DNA of 64,000 nucleotides from an uncultured Planctomycetales bacterium (GTDB lineage Bacteria; Omnitrophota; Gorgyraeia; Gygaellales; Profunditerraquicolaceae): NCBI GenBank assembly GCA_964354795.1, contig CAYHBB010000003.1, positions 5,887 to 69,886 of the forward strand, read 5' to 3'. Shown piece by piece: positions 50,405 to 58,418 of this stretch (position 1 is its first letter; each line of letters starts with the position of its first letter). The notes under the pieces were generated by a model. It saw only the letters and a program-made list of their open reading frames with translations, ran no database searches and was not told where the DNA came from. The position numbers and the translations under genes were made by a program.

Positions 50405-52011
50405 AGAAAAAACTCGGCATTCTGATTCCTTTGAGAAAAAAGCACAATTTAGATCTCAAGGATAATTATAAATATTGCATTATTTTATTTTTTATTTGCT
50501 TAACAATACACTTGATGCTTTCTTTTGTCGGCTGGGGAAATACTTTGTGCGATAATCACAGCAGTCGTCAAACCCTAACTGCAATTTCTACTTATTATAC
50601 GATAAAGGATGGTTTTAAAATAAATTACATAACACCTGTATTAGGTAAGCCCTGGGCTGTTCCCTTAGAGTTTCCTTTATACCAATGGATAGCGGCAGCA
50701 GTTGTTATTATTTTAAAAATTCCTTTAGATCAAGGGGGAAGATTAGTCAGTTTAATATTTTTCTATTTTTCTTTTATCCCCATCTATTTTTTGCTAACTC
50801 ATTTTATTGCTAAGAAATCACATAGATTGATTTTCCTTTGTTTGATATTAGCTAGTCCATTTTTTATCTTTTGGTCACGCACATTTTTGATTGAGTCTTT
50901 AGCATTATTTCTTAGCCTAAGCTTCTTACTGGGTGTAGTTAATTCTACAATTAAGTCTCGGAGCCTCGTAGTGTTAATTACTTGTGTTGTGGGAACTTTG
51001 GCAGGCCTAACTAAAATAACAACTTTTTTTTTATATTATTTAGTAGGATTAATATTTTATTTTCTCATTCGTGTACGCAGTAATAGTTGGGTTATCGGTT
51101 TACCCGATGTCTCCAAGAAAAAATTTATTAGTTCTATTTTTCTATTCGGCGTACCAGTTATTATTAATTTGTGGTATATACACTTTGCTGATATGCAGAA
51201 ATCTTTAAATCCTATAGCAAATGTTTTTATTTCGCATTCCTCAAAATGGTGGTATATTGGAAGATTTGGGGATAAATTTACATGGGAGACGTGGAGCCAG
51301 ATATTAAAATTCAGTAGTTCGATTATTTTCTATCCTACAAAAGTATTTATAATTAGCTATGGATTTATTTTTGGGTTCTTTTTTATTTTAGCGCGGAGAT
51401 ATCGTAAAGAGGCTTTGTTTTGTTTTCTTTTGTTCTTATCCGGTCCGCTTATCTTTACCAATTTATATTACCGACATATATATTATTATTATGCTAATGC
51501 AGTATTTCTTTTGTCTTCTTTGGCTTTTCTTGTGGTTTCGCTCCTTGAAGATAATAAGTGGAAATATTTTACCAAGTTAGTAATTTTTCCTGCATTATTA
51601 TTAACAATGTACTCTACATATTTCTTTAGCTATTATTCTATCCAGAAAAAGAATCACCTTTACCTTCAACCATTAATAGAAGCTATTAAGTCTCATACAA
51701 AAGAAAGTGATATAATCTTAATTTATGGTTTTGATTGGCATCCCGAAATACCTTATTATTCACAGAGAAGGGCATTAATGTATCATATATGGACTGGAGG
51801 GTTATTTAGCGATAACAGATTTAAGCTTGCGTTAAAATCATTAGAAAACGAAAAAATCGGGGGAATGGTTGTAGGAGGCGAGACAGGAGAAGACAAGAGG
51901 AAGGATCGAGTTTTTATTGAGGAACGAATAAAGGAATTAAATTTATTACCGCATCCAGTATTTCAAGATTATTTTGCAGATTTTTATGTAACACAGGGCA
52001 GCGCTCCTTAG
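50401..52011 (+). CDS. large polytopic membrane protein (possible GT-C-like glycosyltransferase)
   Basis: About 12 TM helices; PLEFPLYQW periplasmic-loop motif reminiscent of ArnT-type enzymes. Confidence 0.4.
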   Translation: MKKKLGILIPLRKKHNLDLKDNYKYCIILFFICLTIHLMLSFVGWGNTLCDNHSSRQTLTAISTYYTIKDGFKINYITPVLGKPWAVPLEFPLYQWIAAAVVIILKIPLDQGGRLVSLIFFYFSFIPIYFLLTHFIAKKSHRLIFLCLILASPFFIFWSRTFLIESLALFLSLSFLLGVVNSTIKSRSLVVLITCVVGTLAGLTKITTFFLYYLVGLIFYFLIRVRSNSWVIGLPDVSKKKFISSIFLFGVPVIINLWYIHFADMQKSLNPIANVFISHSSKWWYIGRFGDKFTWETWSQILKFSSSIIFYPTKVFIISYGFIFGFFFILARRYRKEALFCFLLFLSGPLIFTNLYYRHIYYYYANAVFLLSSLAFLVVSLLEDNKWKYFTKLVIFPALLLTMYSTYFFSYYSIQKKNHLYLQPLIEAIKSHTKESDIILIYGFDWHPEIPYYSQRRALMYHIWTGGLFSDNRFKLALKSLENEKIGGMVVGGETGEDKRKDRVFIEERIKELNLLPHPVFQDYFADFYVTQGSAP

Positions 52012-52045
52012 TCGGATTTAGAAAAAAAGCCTGTTAAATGGGCAA

Positions 52046-53104
52046 ATGGATTCTTCCTTTCGAATGCTGATTGAAAAAATAGAATACGATTTGTATATAC
52101 AATGGTTCTTGTTAAGGGAGTGCAATTTTTCCTGTGAATATTGCATTGTTGATAGTAATTGTTTAAAAGAAAGTGCGCTTAGGAAAATCGATATTCCCCG
52201 CATTATTAATAAACTGGATCAGCTTAACAAGACAGTATTGTTTAATTTTACCGGAGGAGAACCGTTCTTATTGCCTAATTTTACTGAATTCATGCGGGAG
52301 TTGACCAGGAAACATTATATACGCTTAGACACGAATCTTTCTTTAAGAAATAAATGCGAAGAGTTTATGGATATCGTAGATCCCAAAAGGGTTTATGAAA
52401 TAGTCTTCAGTACACATGTATTGGAAAGAGAGAAAACAGATTTTGATTTATCCGGGCTTTGCGAGCTGGTCAGTAGATTCCAAAATAAAGGATTCAGGAT
52501 GATAGGTAAATACGTCGCATTTCCACCTCTATTAAAAAGGATGGAAAAGGACATTGATTTTTTTAAAATGCGGGGTATCAAGGTGCTGCCAAGTCTTTTT
52601 GTCGGAACATATAACGGCAGAGATTATCCTATTAGCGACAATACTTTGACTTATTCAGAAGAAGAGGTGGAATTGATAAAGAGGCTGAATCCTTACGCAA
52701 TAGAGGTTGCTAAGCCGGTAAGGAATCAATCCTGTAATGCAGGCTGCTCTGCCTTTGCCGTAAATTTCGACTGCGAAATGTTTCCTTGCGCCCAGCTCGA
52801 CATTAAGCTAGGTGATTTTTTAGGCAGGTGGCATGTTTTTCCAAAGGCTATCAAGTGTCCACTTAGGTATTGTTTATGCCCTTGCAACAAGCCGCAGGCT
52901 GTGAGCCTCTATAGTAATCAGAATGAATATCTGGCACAAAAGACGATCTCGGAAAAAGGAGTTTTCTCAATAGTAGAATCGCATATGTTAACAGGATATT
53001 TTGCCAGGAGGCTCTCGGGCTTCTTTAAAAATAACCTTTTCCGTTTTAGGGCAAAGAGGCGTACTTCAAGCCGATATTTGGCAATCGCAAATAGGCATGA
53101 ATAA
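52046..53104 (+). CDS. radical SAM enzyme with Cys-rich C-terminal domain
   Basis: LRECNFSCEYC, FTGGEPF, C-terminal CNAGC...C...C...C.CPC. Confidence 0.7.
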   Translation: MDSSFRMLIEKIEYDLYIQWFLLRECNFSCEYCIVDSNCLKESALRKIDIPRIINKLDQLNKTVLFNFTGGEPFLLPNFTEFMRELTRKHYIRLDTNLSLRNKCEEFMDIVDPKRVYEIVFSTHVLEREKTDFDLSGLCELVSRFQNKGFRMIGKYVAFPPLLKRMEKDIDFFKMRGIKVLPSLFVGTYNGRDYPISDNTLTYSEEEVELIKRLNPYAIEVAKPVRNQSCNAGCSAFAVNFDCEMFPCAQLDIKLGDFLGRWHVFPKAIKCPLRYCLCPCNKPQAVSLYSNQNEYLAQKTISEKGVFSIVESHMLTGYFARRLSGFFKNNLFRFRAKRRTSSRYLAIANRHE

Positions 53105-53157
53105 TAAAATTATACGGATACGCTCAACTAACATGACGCCGTTTCTTAATAAAAAAC

Positions 53158-53186
53158 TTGTAAAACGTTATTAGATAATATATAAT
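53158..53186 (+). promoter_or_regulatory. near-consensus sigma70 promoter TTGTAA-N17-TATAAT driving the PqqD / Cys-peptide / SPASM cassette
   Basis: TTGTAA at 53158-53163 and TATAAT at 53181-53186, in the 114-nt AT-rich gap after the upstream gene. Confidence 0.5.
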
Positions 53187-53218
53187 AAGTACAGCGTTAA
53201 ATTATTGAAGGGCTAACA

Positions 53219-53587
53219 ATGATAGAAGTTAAGTTATTGAGATATAGAAGGGCAGATAGGGTCACGGAAAGAAAGATCGGTGACACTTTATTGCTTGTCC
53301 CTTTTAAAAAAACTCCGGGCTCCGGCGTCAAGGGCGTAATGCTTAAAAATGCCAGTGCTCAATTTATTTGGAAATTATGCGAGAAAGGAATGTATCTTAG
53401 GGATATTATTGAATCAGTAACTGCCGAATTTAATGTTGATAAAGACAAAGCTAATTGCGAAATACAAGCCTTGCTGGAGAAACTGCTCCGCTTGGAACTG
53501 GTTATTTGTTTAAACGGCGCCAAGAAGGGGAGCGAGAAAAAAGAAGGAGGAAAGAATGGAAGAAAAGAGAAAATGGGAAAATCCTGA
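53219..53587 (+). CDS. PqqD-family protein (RiPP recognition element / peptide chaperone); the last ~25 codons are low-complexity read-through overlapping the next gene
   Basis: TLLLVPF...MLKNASAQFIWKLCEKGMYLRDIIESVTAEFNVDKDKANCEIQALLEKLLRLELV matches the PqqD profile (.L.LN..a..iW.l.dG..t..eI...l...y.v....a..dv..fl..L...gLi). Confidence 0.6.
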   Translation: MIEVKLLRYRRADRVTERKIGDTLLLVPFKKTPGSGVKGVMLKNASAQFIWKLCEKGMYLRDIIESVTAEFNVDKDKANCEIQALLEKLLRLELVICLNGAKKGSEKKEGGKNGRKEKMGKS

Positions 53588-53672
53588 AGTCGAGCTTATT
53601 TCTATCGATATGGACCAGATCTTTACTGTGGGTTTTAGTGGAGGGTGTTGCGGCTGCTGCTGCTGCTGTTAA
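53556..53672 (+). CDS. 38-aa Cys-rich peptide MEEKRKWENPEVELISIDMDQIFTVGFSGGCCGCCCCC, candidate RiPP precursor (not in the ORF track because it is under 60 aa)
   Basis: ATG at 53556 sits 7 nt after a perfect AAGGAGG Shine-Dalgarno; the stop is TAA at 53670. Of the last 10 residues 8 are Cys, and a GG precedes this core. The gene lies between a PqqD-like gene and a SPASM radical SAM gene. Confidence 0.5.
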   Translation: MEEKRKWENPEVELISIDMDQIFTVGFSGGCCGCCCCC

Positions 53673-53715
53673 TGTTTAAAGAATCTTTGATACAACGTTA
53701 AGTTGATGTGTTGAA

Positions 53716-54762
53716 ATGTCTGAATATAAAACAATTGATTCGTGCACTTGGGAACTTACCTTTCGTTGCAACGCAAAATGTCCTTTTTGCTATCAGGACA
53801 ATACTCCCACCAAAGAGCTGTCAACCAAAGAGTCATTTCAAGTACTAGATAAATTAGCGGAAAACGGGATTATCTTTCTTTTGTTTACCGGTGGCGAACC
53901 AACGGTAAAAAAGGAATTTATTCAGATATACCGGTATGCCGCAAAAAAAGGCTTTCAGATTTCTATTCTTACCAATGGGATACGGCTCGCCGATAAAGAT
54001 ATCCAGGATCTTTTTACTGAGTATCCGCCTGTTGGAGCCGTGATTAGCCTCCATGCTCTAGATGAGGCCATTTTTGAGCAGGTGAGCTGTGTACCCGGAT
54101 CTTTCAAGAAAGTTATGGCCGGTCTGGAATTCTTAAAAAAAATAAAAGTAAAATATAGTTTTAAAATAATAGTTACAAAGATTAACGCTCAATCTATAGG
54201 CGAAATTAAAGACTATTGTCATCAGAATTCAATAGGGTACGAGTTGACACCTAATATATGTAATAGTCTTAATGGAAAGAGAGCTAATGATATAAATGAT
54301 ATAAGGCTTGAATTTAACGAAGCGAATAATTTATTTTTTCAAGAAGATTACGGACGCGTTTTTGATGAAATGGAGCGTAAGCTAGGAAATTTAGATAACA
54401 AATTTAAGAAGAGAAGGTCAAGGTTTAATTGCGCGCTTGTTTATCGCACGATTTGGCTTGATCCGCTTGGAAACACTTTTATTTGTGCCATGTTCAGAGA
54501 TAAGCCCAGATTAAATATTCTTAAAGACTCAATAGATGAGATTTATAAAAAACATCTGGAAATTGCTAATGATTATGAAGTTAGGCCACCCGAATGTTTA
54601 AAGTGTGAGTATCTTCCGGAGTGTAAGTATGCTTGTGTCTGCGGAATAAGAAATGCCCGAAGAATATCCAAAGAAGAGTTCGATTATGTATGTAACGGGC
54701 TTAAGAGTATTATCCATCTAAGAAGAAGGCTGGATAAGAATAAGTTAAACATCGCCGTTTAA
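53716..54762 (+). CDS. radical SAM/SPASM-domain enzyme, candidate peptide maturase
   Basis: FRCNAKCPFC (CxxxCxxC), LFTGGEPT, C-terminal C-x2-C-x5-C-x3-C-x-C (ECLKCEYLPECKYACVCG) canonical SPASM core. Confidence 0.8.
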   Translation: MSEYKTIDSCTWELTFRCNAKCPFCYQDNTPTKELSTKESFQVLDKLAENGIIFLLFTGGEPTVKKEFIQIYRYAAKKGFQISILTNGIRLADKDIQDLFTEYPPVGAVISLHALDEAIFEQVSCVPGSFKKVMAGLEFLKKIKVKYSFKIIVTKINAQSIGEIKDYCHQNSIGYELTPNICNSLNGKRANDINDIRLEFNEANNLFFQEDYGRVFDEMERKLGNLDNKFKKRRSRFNCALVYRTIWLDPLGNTFICAMFRDKPRLNILKDSIDEIYKKHLEIANDYEVRPPECLKCEYLPECKYACVCGIRNARRISKEEFDYVCNGLKSIIHLRRRLDKNKLNIAV

Positions 54763-54883
54763 GGAAACCGTGCTCTAAAGCTTTCTTCGATTCCAAGTGT
54801 TCCCGCCTGTGTACTGAAGTGCAACCCTAATTTTAGATTCTAGAAATATTACCTAGCAATTATTAATGCGCAATGGAGATAAA

Positions 54884-55813
54884 ATGGTCTCAGTAGTTAT
54901 CGTTACCCACAATAATGCTGCGATGCTAAAGAGCTGCATCGAGTCACTGCAGAAGCAGAAGTTCACAGATATAGAAGTTACTGTAGTTTTTAACGCTTCT
55001 TTAATGAGCACGATTTGCGAGATTAAAAGCGATTTTCCTTGGATCAACTCCATAATTAATGAGGAGAATTTGCTATTCTCTAAAGCATATAATCAAGGCA
55101 TACTGGTTTCGCGTGGAGAATTTATTTTTTGCTTGAATGACGATGTCATCTTGAAACCAAACTCTATCAAAGAACTTGTTAAGATAATGAGTCAAGAAGA
55201 ACGCATTGGTATGATAAGTGGTAAAATTCTACGAATGGATAAGGTAACTGTTGATTCAACCGGCTTATCTTTAAGTTTTTGGCGCACGGCAATCGAAAGA
55301 GGCTATGGGCAAAAGGATGTAGGACAATTTGAAGACCCTGGTTTTATTTTTGGTGTGAATGGGGCAGCCGCTTTTTATCGCAGAAAAATGCTGGATGAGA
55401 TAAAGCAAGGCCAGGATTATTTTGACACCGATTTCGGGTTCTTTTACGAAGATTTGGATATGGCGTGGAGAGCGCAGAATAAGGGCTGGAAGGGCTATTA
55501 TGTGCCGACGGCTATCGCATATCATTCCAGAGGCGGTACAGCGCGTAAAGAAAAGGGCGTAGGCAGGAGTTTTGCGCGTTTTTACATCAGTGATGACCTG
55601 CAATTTGAGCTTATCAAGAATAGATGGCTTACCATAATAAAAAACGATACAGTCTTAGGGTTTTTGTTTCATCTGCCTTTTATTTTTATTTATGATTTGG
55701 CTGAGTTTGTTTTTCTGCTGATCTTTAGGCCTAAGGTAATCCCGAAGTTATTAGGCTTTCCCCGGTATATAAGATCAGCTTTCAGAAAGAGAATCGCGGC
55801 TAAAAGAGTATAG
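54884..55813 (+). CDS. GT2-family glycosyltransferase, paralog of 13980..14846
   Basis: MVSVVIVTHNNAAML...; EDLDMAWRAQNKGW; start taken at the second ATG with a GGAG RBS. Confidence 0.75.
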   Translation: MVSVVIVTHNNAAMLKSCIESLQKQKFTDIEVTVVFNASLMSTICEIKSDFPWINSIINEENLLFSKAYNQGILVSRGEFIFCLNDDVILKPNSIKELVKIMSQEERIGMISGKILRMDKVTVDSTGLSLSFWRTAIERGYGQKDVGQFEDPGFIFGVNGAAAFYRRKMLDEIKQGQDYFDTDFGFFYEDLDMAWRAQNKGWKGYYVPTAIAYHSRGGTARKEKGVGRSFARFYISDDLQFELIKNRWLTIIKNDTVLGFLFHLPFIFIYDLAEFVFLLIFRPKVIPKLLGFPRYIRSAFRKRIAAKRV

Positions 55814-56920
55814 CAGGCCGAAAATCGCCCACCATATAAAGCTCACCTCAGGAAGGAAAAAACTGAAATCTACCAGATTGTGCAACAGAAATACCAGGCT
55901 TGCGCATAACAAGCTGGCGATTTCTTTGCTCCGCACCGATCTTCCAAGCGCTTTAATACCTTGATCGATGACTACTGCTGCAAACCAAATGAACGAAAGT
56001 AATCCCAAGATTCCGGTTTCCGCCCATAATTGCAGATAAGAATTATGGGCGTAGCGGGATGCGGCAATAGTAAAATTCCCCGGGCCAATACCCTTAAACG
56101 GGGCATATGCGATTATTTTAAGCGCCTCACCCAGGTAATCAAGGCGCATCAATGTTGAAAAGAACGGGTGCTGATGAAGTTTTTGTGTAGCGGATCTTAA
56201 GATAACAACCACCGCAATTGCAATAATCAAGCCGCTTAGCGCCAAAATTACCTTTCTATTATTTGTTTCTTTATTCAGCAATAAATAAATTATAATAACT
56301 ATGGCAATGACAGCCAAAGCTCCCAGAGACTTTGTAAGAAAAACTGCGGCCGCTACGGGGAAGAGCAGCCATATTCTGCGTTTATAGATAACGGCTAACG
56401 GCATAATCATAGCAAGGTATCCTGCCAGGATGTTAGGGGTGACGAAGGGAACAAATACTCGCTTGTTGTTGATGTAATCGGTGACGAACGGGTCCTTGAT
56501 TCCCTCTTTGCCCACGAGGTTGGCAAGTCTGGCGAATCCGAAGAAATACTGATGGATAGCAAGTATGCTGACGATGATTCCCGCCGAAAGAATAACGCGC
56601 ATCAGCAGCATCCGGTCTCTATCGACAAAAGATGCGCAAATCAGGAATATCAATATTCCGCTGGCATATTGATAAAGCACGGAGAAGCTGTTAAGTCTGT
56701 CCGCAGAGAATACTGATGAAATTAGCAGTGCGCAGGGAAAAAGCATAAGCGGATATTTTATAGCCTTAAAATCCGGTAGGCGGATTTTTTTGTTATTAAT
56801 CCAAAAACCAAGCAGGCCTAGCAATATCAGGGAATAAATAGTATTCGCATAAGGATAAGCCAGAGAAGAAATAAATGGCCGGAAAAATATGAATAGCAGC
56901 AGAATTGTGAGCATCATCAA
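55775..56920 (-). CDS. O-antigen polymerase/ligase (Wzy/WaaL, Wzy_C) family membrane protein
   Basis: About 10 TM helices with a larger periplasmic loop; typical Wzy_C-like composition; convergent with and overlapping the GT2 gene by 39 nt. Confidence 0.55.
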   Translation of the reverse strand: MMMLTILLLFIFFRPFISSLAYPYANTIYSLILLGLLGFWINNKKIRLPDFKAIKYPLMLFPCALLISSVFSADRLNSFSVLYQYASGILIFLICASFVDRDRMLLMRVILSAGIIVSILAIHQYFFGFARLANLVGKEGIKDPFVTDYINNKRVFVPFVTPNILAGYLAMIMPLAVIYKRRIWLLFPVAAAVFLTKSLGALAVIAIVIIIYLLLNKETNNRKVILALSGLIIAIAVVVILRSATQKLHQHPFFSTLMRLDYLGEALKIIAYAPFKGIGPGNFTIAASRYAHNSYLQLWAETGILGLLSFIWFAAVVIDQGIKALGRSVRSKEIASLLCASLVFLLHNLVDFSFFLPEVSFIWWAIFGLLYSFSRDSLSES

Positions 56921-57005
56921 ATAATTGTATGGGATATTGACCCAAAAGTCAATGAATTCGCATGATATAAGGGCCTATATATAATGCAAAAATAGCATTA
57001 TTTAG

Positions 57006-57014
57006 TGGTATAAT
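57006..57014 (+). promoter_or_regulatory. extended -10 element TGgTATAAT only 9 nt upstream of the sigma-factor ATG (predicts a leaderless or near-leaderless mRNA)
   Basis: read directly; no Shine-Dalgarno fits between the -10 and the ATG at 57024. Confidence 0.4.
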
Positions 57015-57023
57015 CAATATACT

Positions 57024-57626
57024 ATGGATGATCAGGAACTTATCCGTAAATGTATCGCAGGTGACCGTCAGGCGTGCGAGGAGTTCCTAAGGGTTTATCA
57101 TCGCCTGATGTACCGCTATATTCATGCCACGCTTAAAGGCCACGGTGTCTATGGCCATCAAGCCAATCCCGACGATTTGTATCACGACCTCTTTGTTTTT
57201 CTCTTTGAGCAGAATTGCAGGAAACTCGAAAGTTTTCAGGGTAGAAACGGTTGCAGCTTTGCCAGCTGGCTGAGGTTGGTGGTGGTCAATTTTGTGCTTG
57301 ACCGCTTAAGAAAGCTAAAAACCGCTTCAGTTTCATTGGATGAGGATGGTGGAGAGGGGGCGGATATCAAGGAGATCCTGACGGATATGGCTCTGGACGC
57401 CGCTGACAACTTAAGCGACAAAGAGGGGCAAAAGAGCCTTGAAGAGTGCATCGGCCTGCTTGACACTAAAGACAAGTATTTTCTTGAGCTGCATCTTTAT
57501 CAGGAAATTGATCTTGAGCAGTTGGCAGGTATTTTTCAGGTATCCCGCCCAGCTTTAGATATGCGTAAATCCAGGATTTTCGGTAAATTAAGGGATTGTT
57601 TCAAAAATAAGGGATATTTTCGTTAG
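57024..57626 (+). CDS. ECF-type sigma-70 family RNA polymerase sigma factor
   Basis: region 2 (YHRLMYRYIHATL...DLYHDLFVFLF) and region 4 HTH (LDTKDKYFLELHLYQEIDLEQLAGIFQVSRPALDMRKSRIFGKLR). Confidence 0.8.
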   Translation: MDDQELIRKCIAGDRQACEEFLRVYHRLMYRYIHATLKGHGVYGHQANPDDLYHDLFVFLFEQNCRKLESFQGRNGCSFASWLRLVVVNFVLDRLRKLKTASVSLDEDGGEGADIKEILTDMALDAADNLSDKEGQKSLEECIGLLDTKDKYFLELHLYQEIDLEQLAGIFQVSRPALDMRKSRIFGKLRDCFKNKGYFR

Positions 57627-57667
57627 CCTCCTTCTGGGGCGGGAAGGCGCGGGGCTACATTTTTTGT

Positions 57668-57694
57668 GTTAGATTTAGGCGGTTTTTACGTCTA
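57668..57694 (+). promoter_or_regulatory. GTTAGA-N15-CGTCTA ECF-like promoter motif upstream of the anti-sigma gene (copy 1 of 3)
   Basis: Same bipartite motif with identical 15-nt spacing at 61748-61774 and a GTTAAT-N17-CGTCTA variant at 61157-61185; CGTC-type -10 elements are typical of ECF sigma promoters. Confidence 0.35.
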
Positions 57695-57715
57695 TTTAGG
57701 TAGAGGGGGGTCATA

Positions 57716-58414
57716 ATGAACAAACTAGAAAATACCATAAAAGCGCTTTATAAAAGTTGGAAGCGCGGACTGCCGCCTGTAACCGGCGAACATCCGAATG
57801 AGGAGACCATGGCCTGTTTCCTTGAATCCAGGCTATCAACGCAGGAAAGCGAGCAGATTCAGGCTCATTTGGTCAGCTGCTGTGATTGCGCCAAGTCATT
57901 CGTGCTTGCTTTAGGCCTTAAGCCTGAGGAGCAGGACGTTCCGCAAGAACTCCTGAGTAAAATAAGAAATCTGATCATCCCGGCAAGCAAAGACACGCTT
58001 CTTGAGATAATCTTGCGGGCGAAAGAAAGGCTCTTTGAGGTGATTCATACAACAGGGGATATAATCGTAGGGCAGGAATTGGTCCCGGCGCCGGTATTAC
58101 GTAGCCGCGCAATTAAAGATTTCAAAGATGAGATCACTGTTTTGAAAGATTTTGCGGACTTGCGTGTTGAGGCAAAGCTGGAAAATAAGGGAGCTGGTAT
58201 TTTTGATATAAAGATCTGCGTAAAGGACAGACTTACGCAGAAATCACTTTCAGATGTGCGCATCAGCCTTTGCCGGGAGGATGTGGAGCTGGAATCTTTT
58301 CTTGCCGCAACAGGCATGGTGACATTTGAGCATGTCGCGTTAGGGACCTACCGCATTGAAATCGCCACAGTAGATCAAAAGTTCGCCACAGTCAGGCTGG
58401 ATATCAAGGGATAA
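57716..58414 (+). CDS. putative anti-sigma factor with N-terminal zf-HC2 zinc-finger motif
   Basis: AHLVSCCDCAKSF (H-x3-C-x2-C) about 50 residues from the N-terminus; located immediately after the ECF sigma gene. Confidence 0.55.
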   Translation: MNKLENTIKALYKSWKRGLPPVTGEHPNEETMACFLESRLSTQESEQIQAHLVSCCDCAKSFVLALGLKPEEQDVPQELLSKIRNLIIPASKDTLLEIILRAKERLFEVIHTTGDIIVGQELVPAPVLRSRAIKDFKDEITVLKDFADLRVEAKLENKGAGIFDIKICVKDRLTQKSLSDVRISLCREDVELESFLAATGMVTFEHVALGTYRIEIATVDQKFATVRLDIKG

Positions 58415-58418
58415 AGCT

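Noticed and set aside
53455-53679. 74-aa ORF in the supplied track, ending in poly-Ala (VAAAAAAVNV)
   Set aside because: It is the +1 frame of the (TGC)n repeat. Its N-terminal part is K/R/E low-complexity sequence decoded from the purine-rich RBS tract. It has no Shine-Dalgarno, whereas the Cys frame (53556..53672) has a perfect AAGGAGG. I treat it as a frame artefact.
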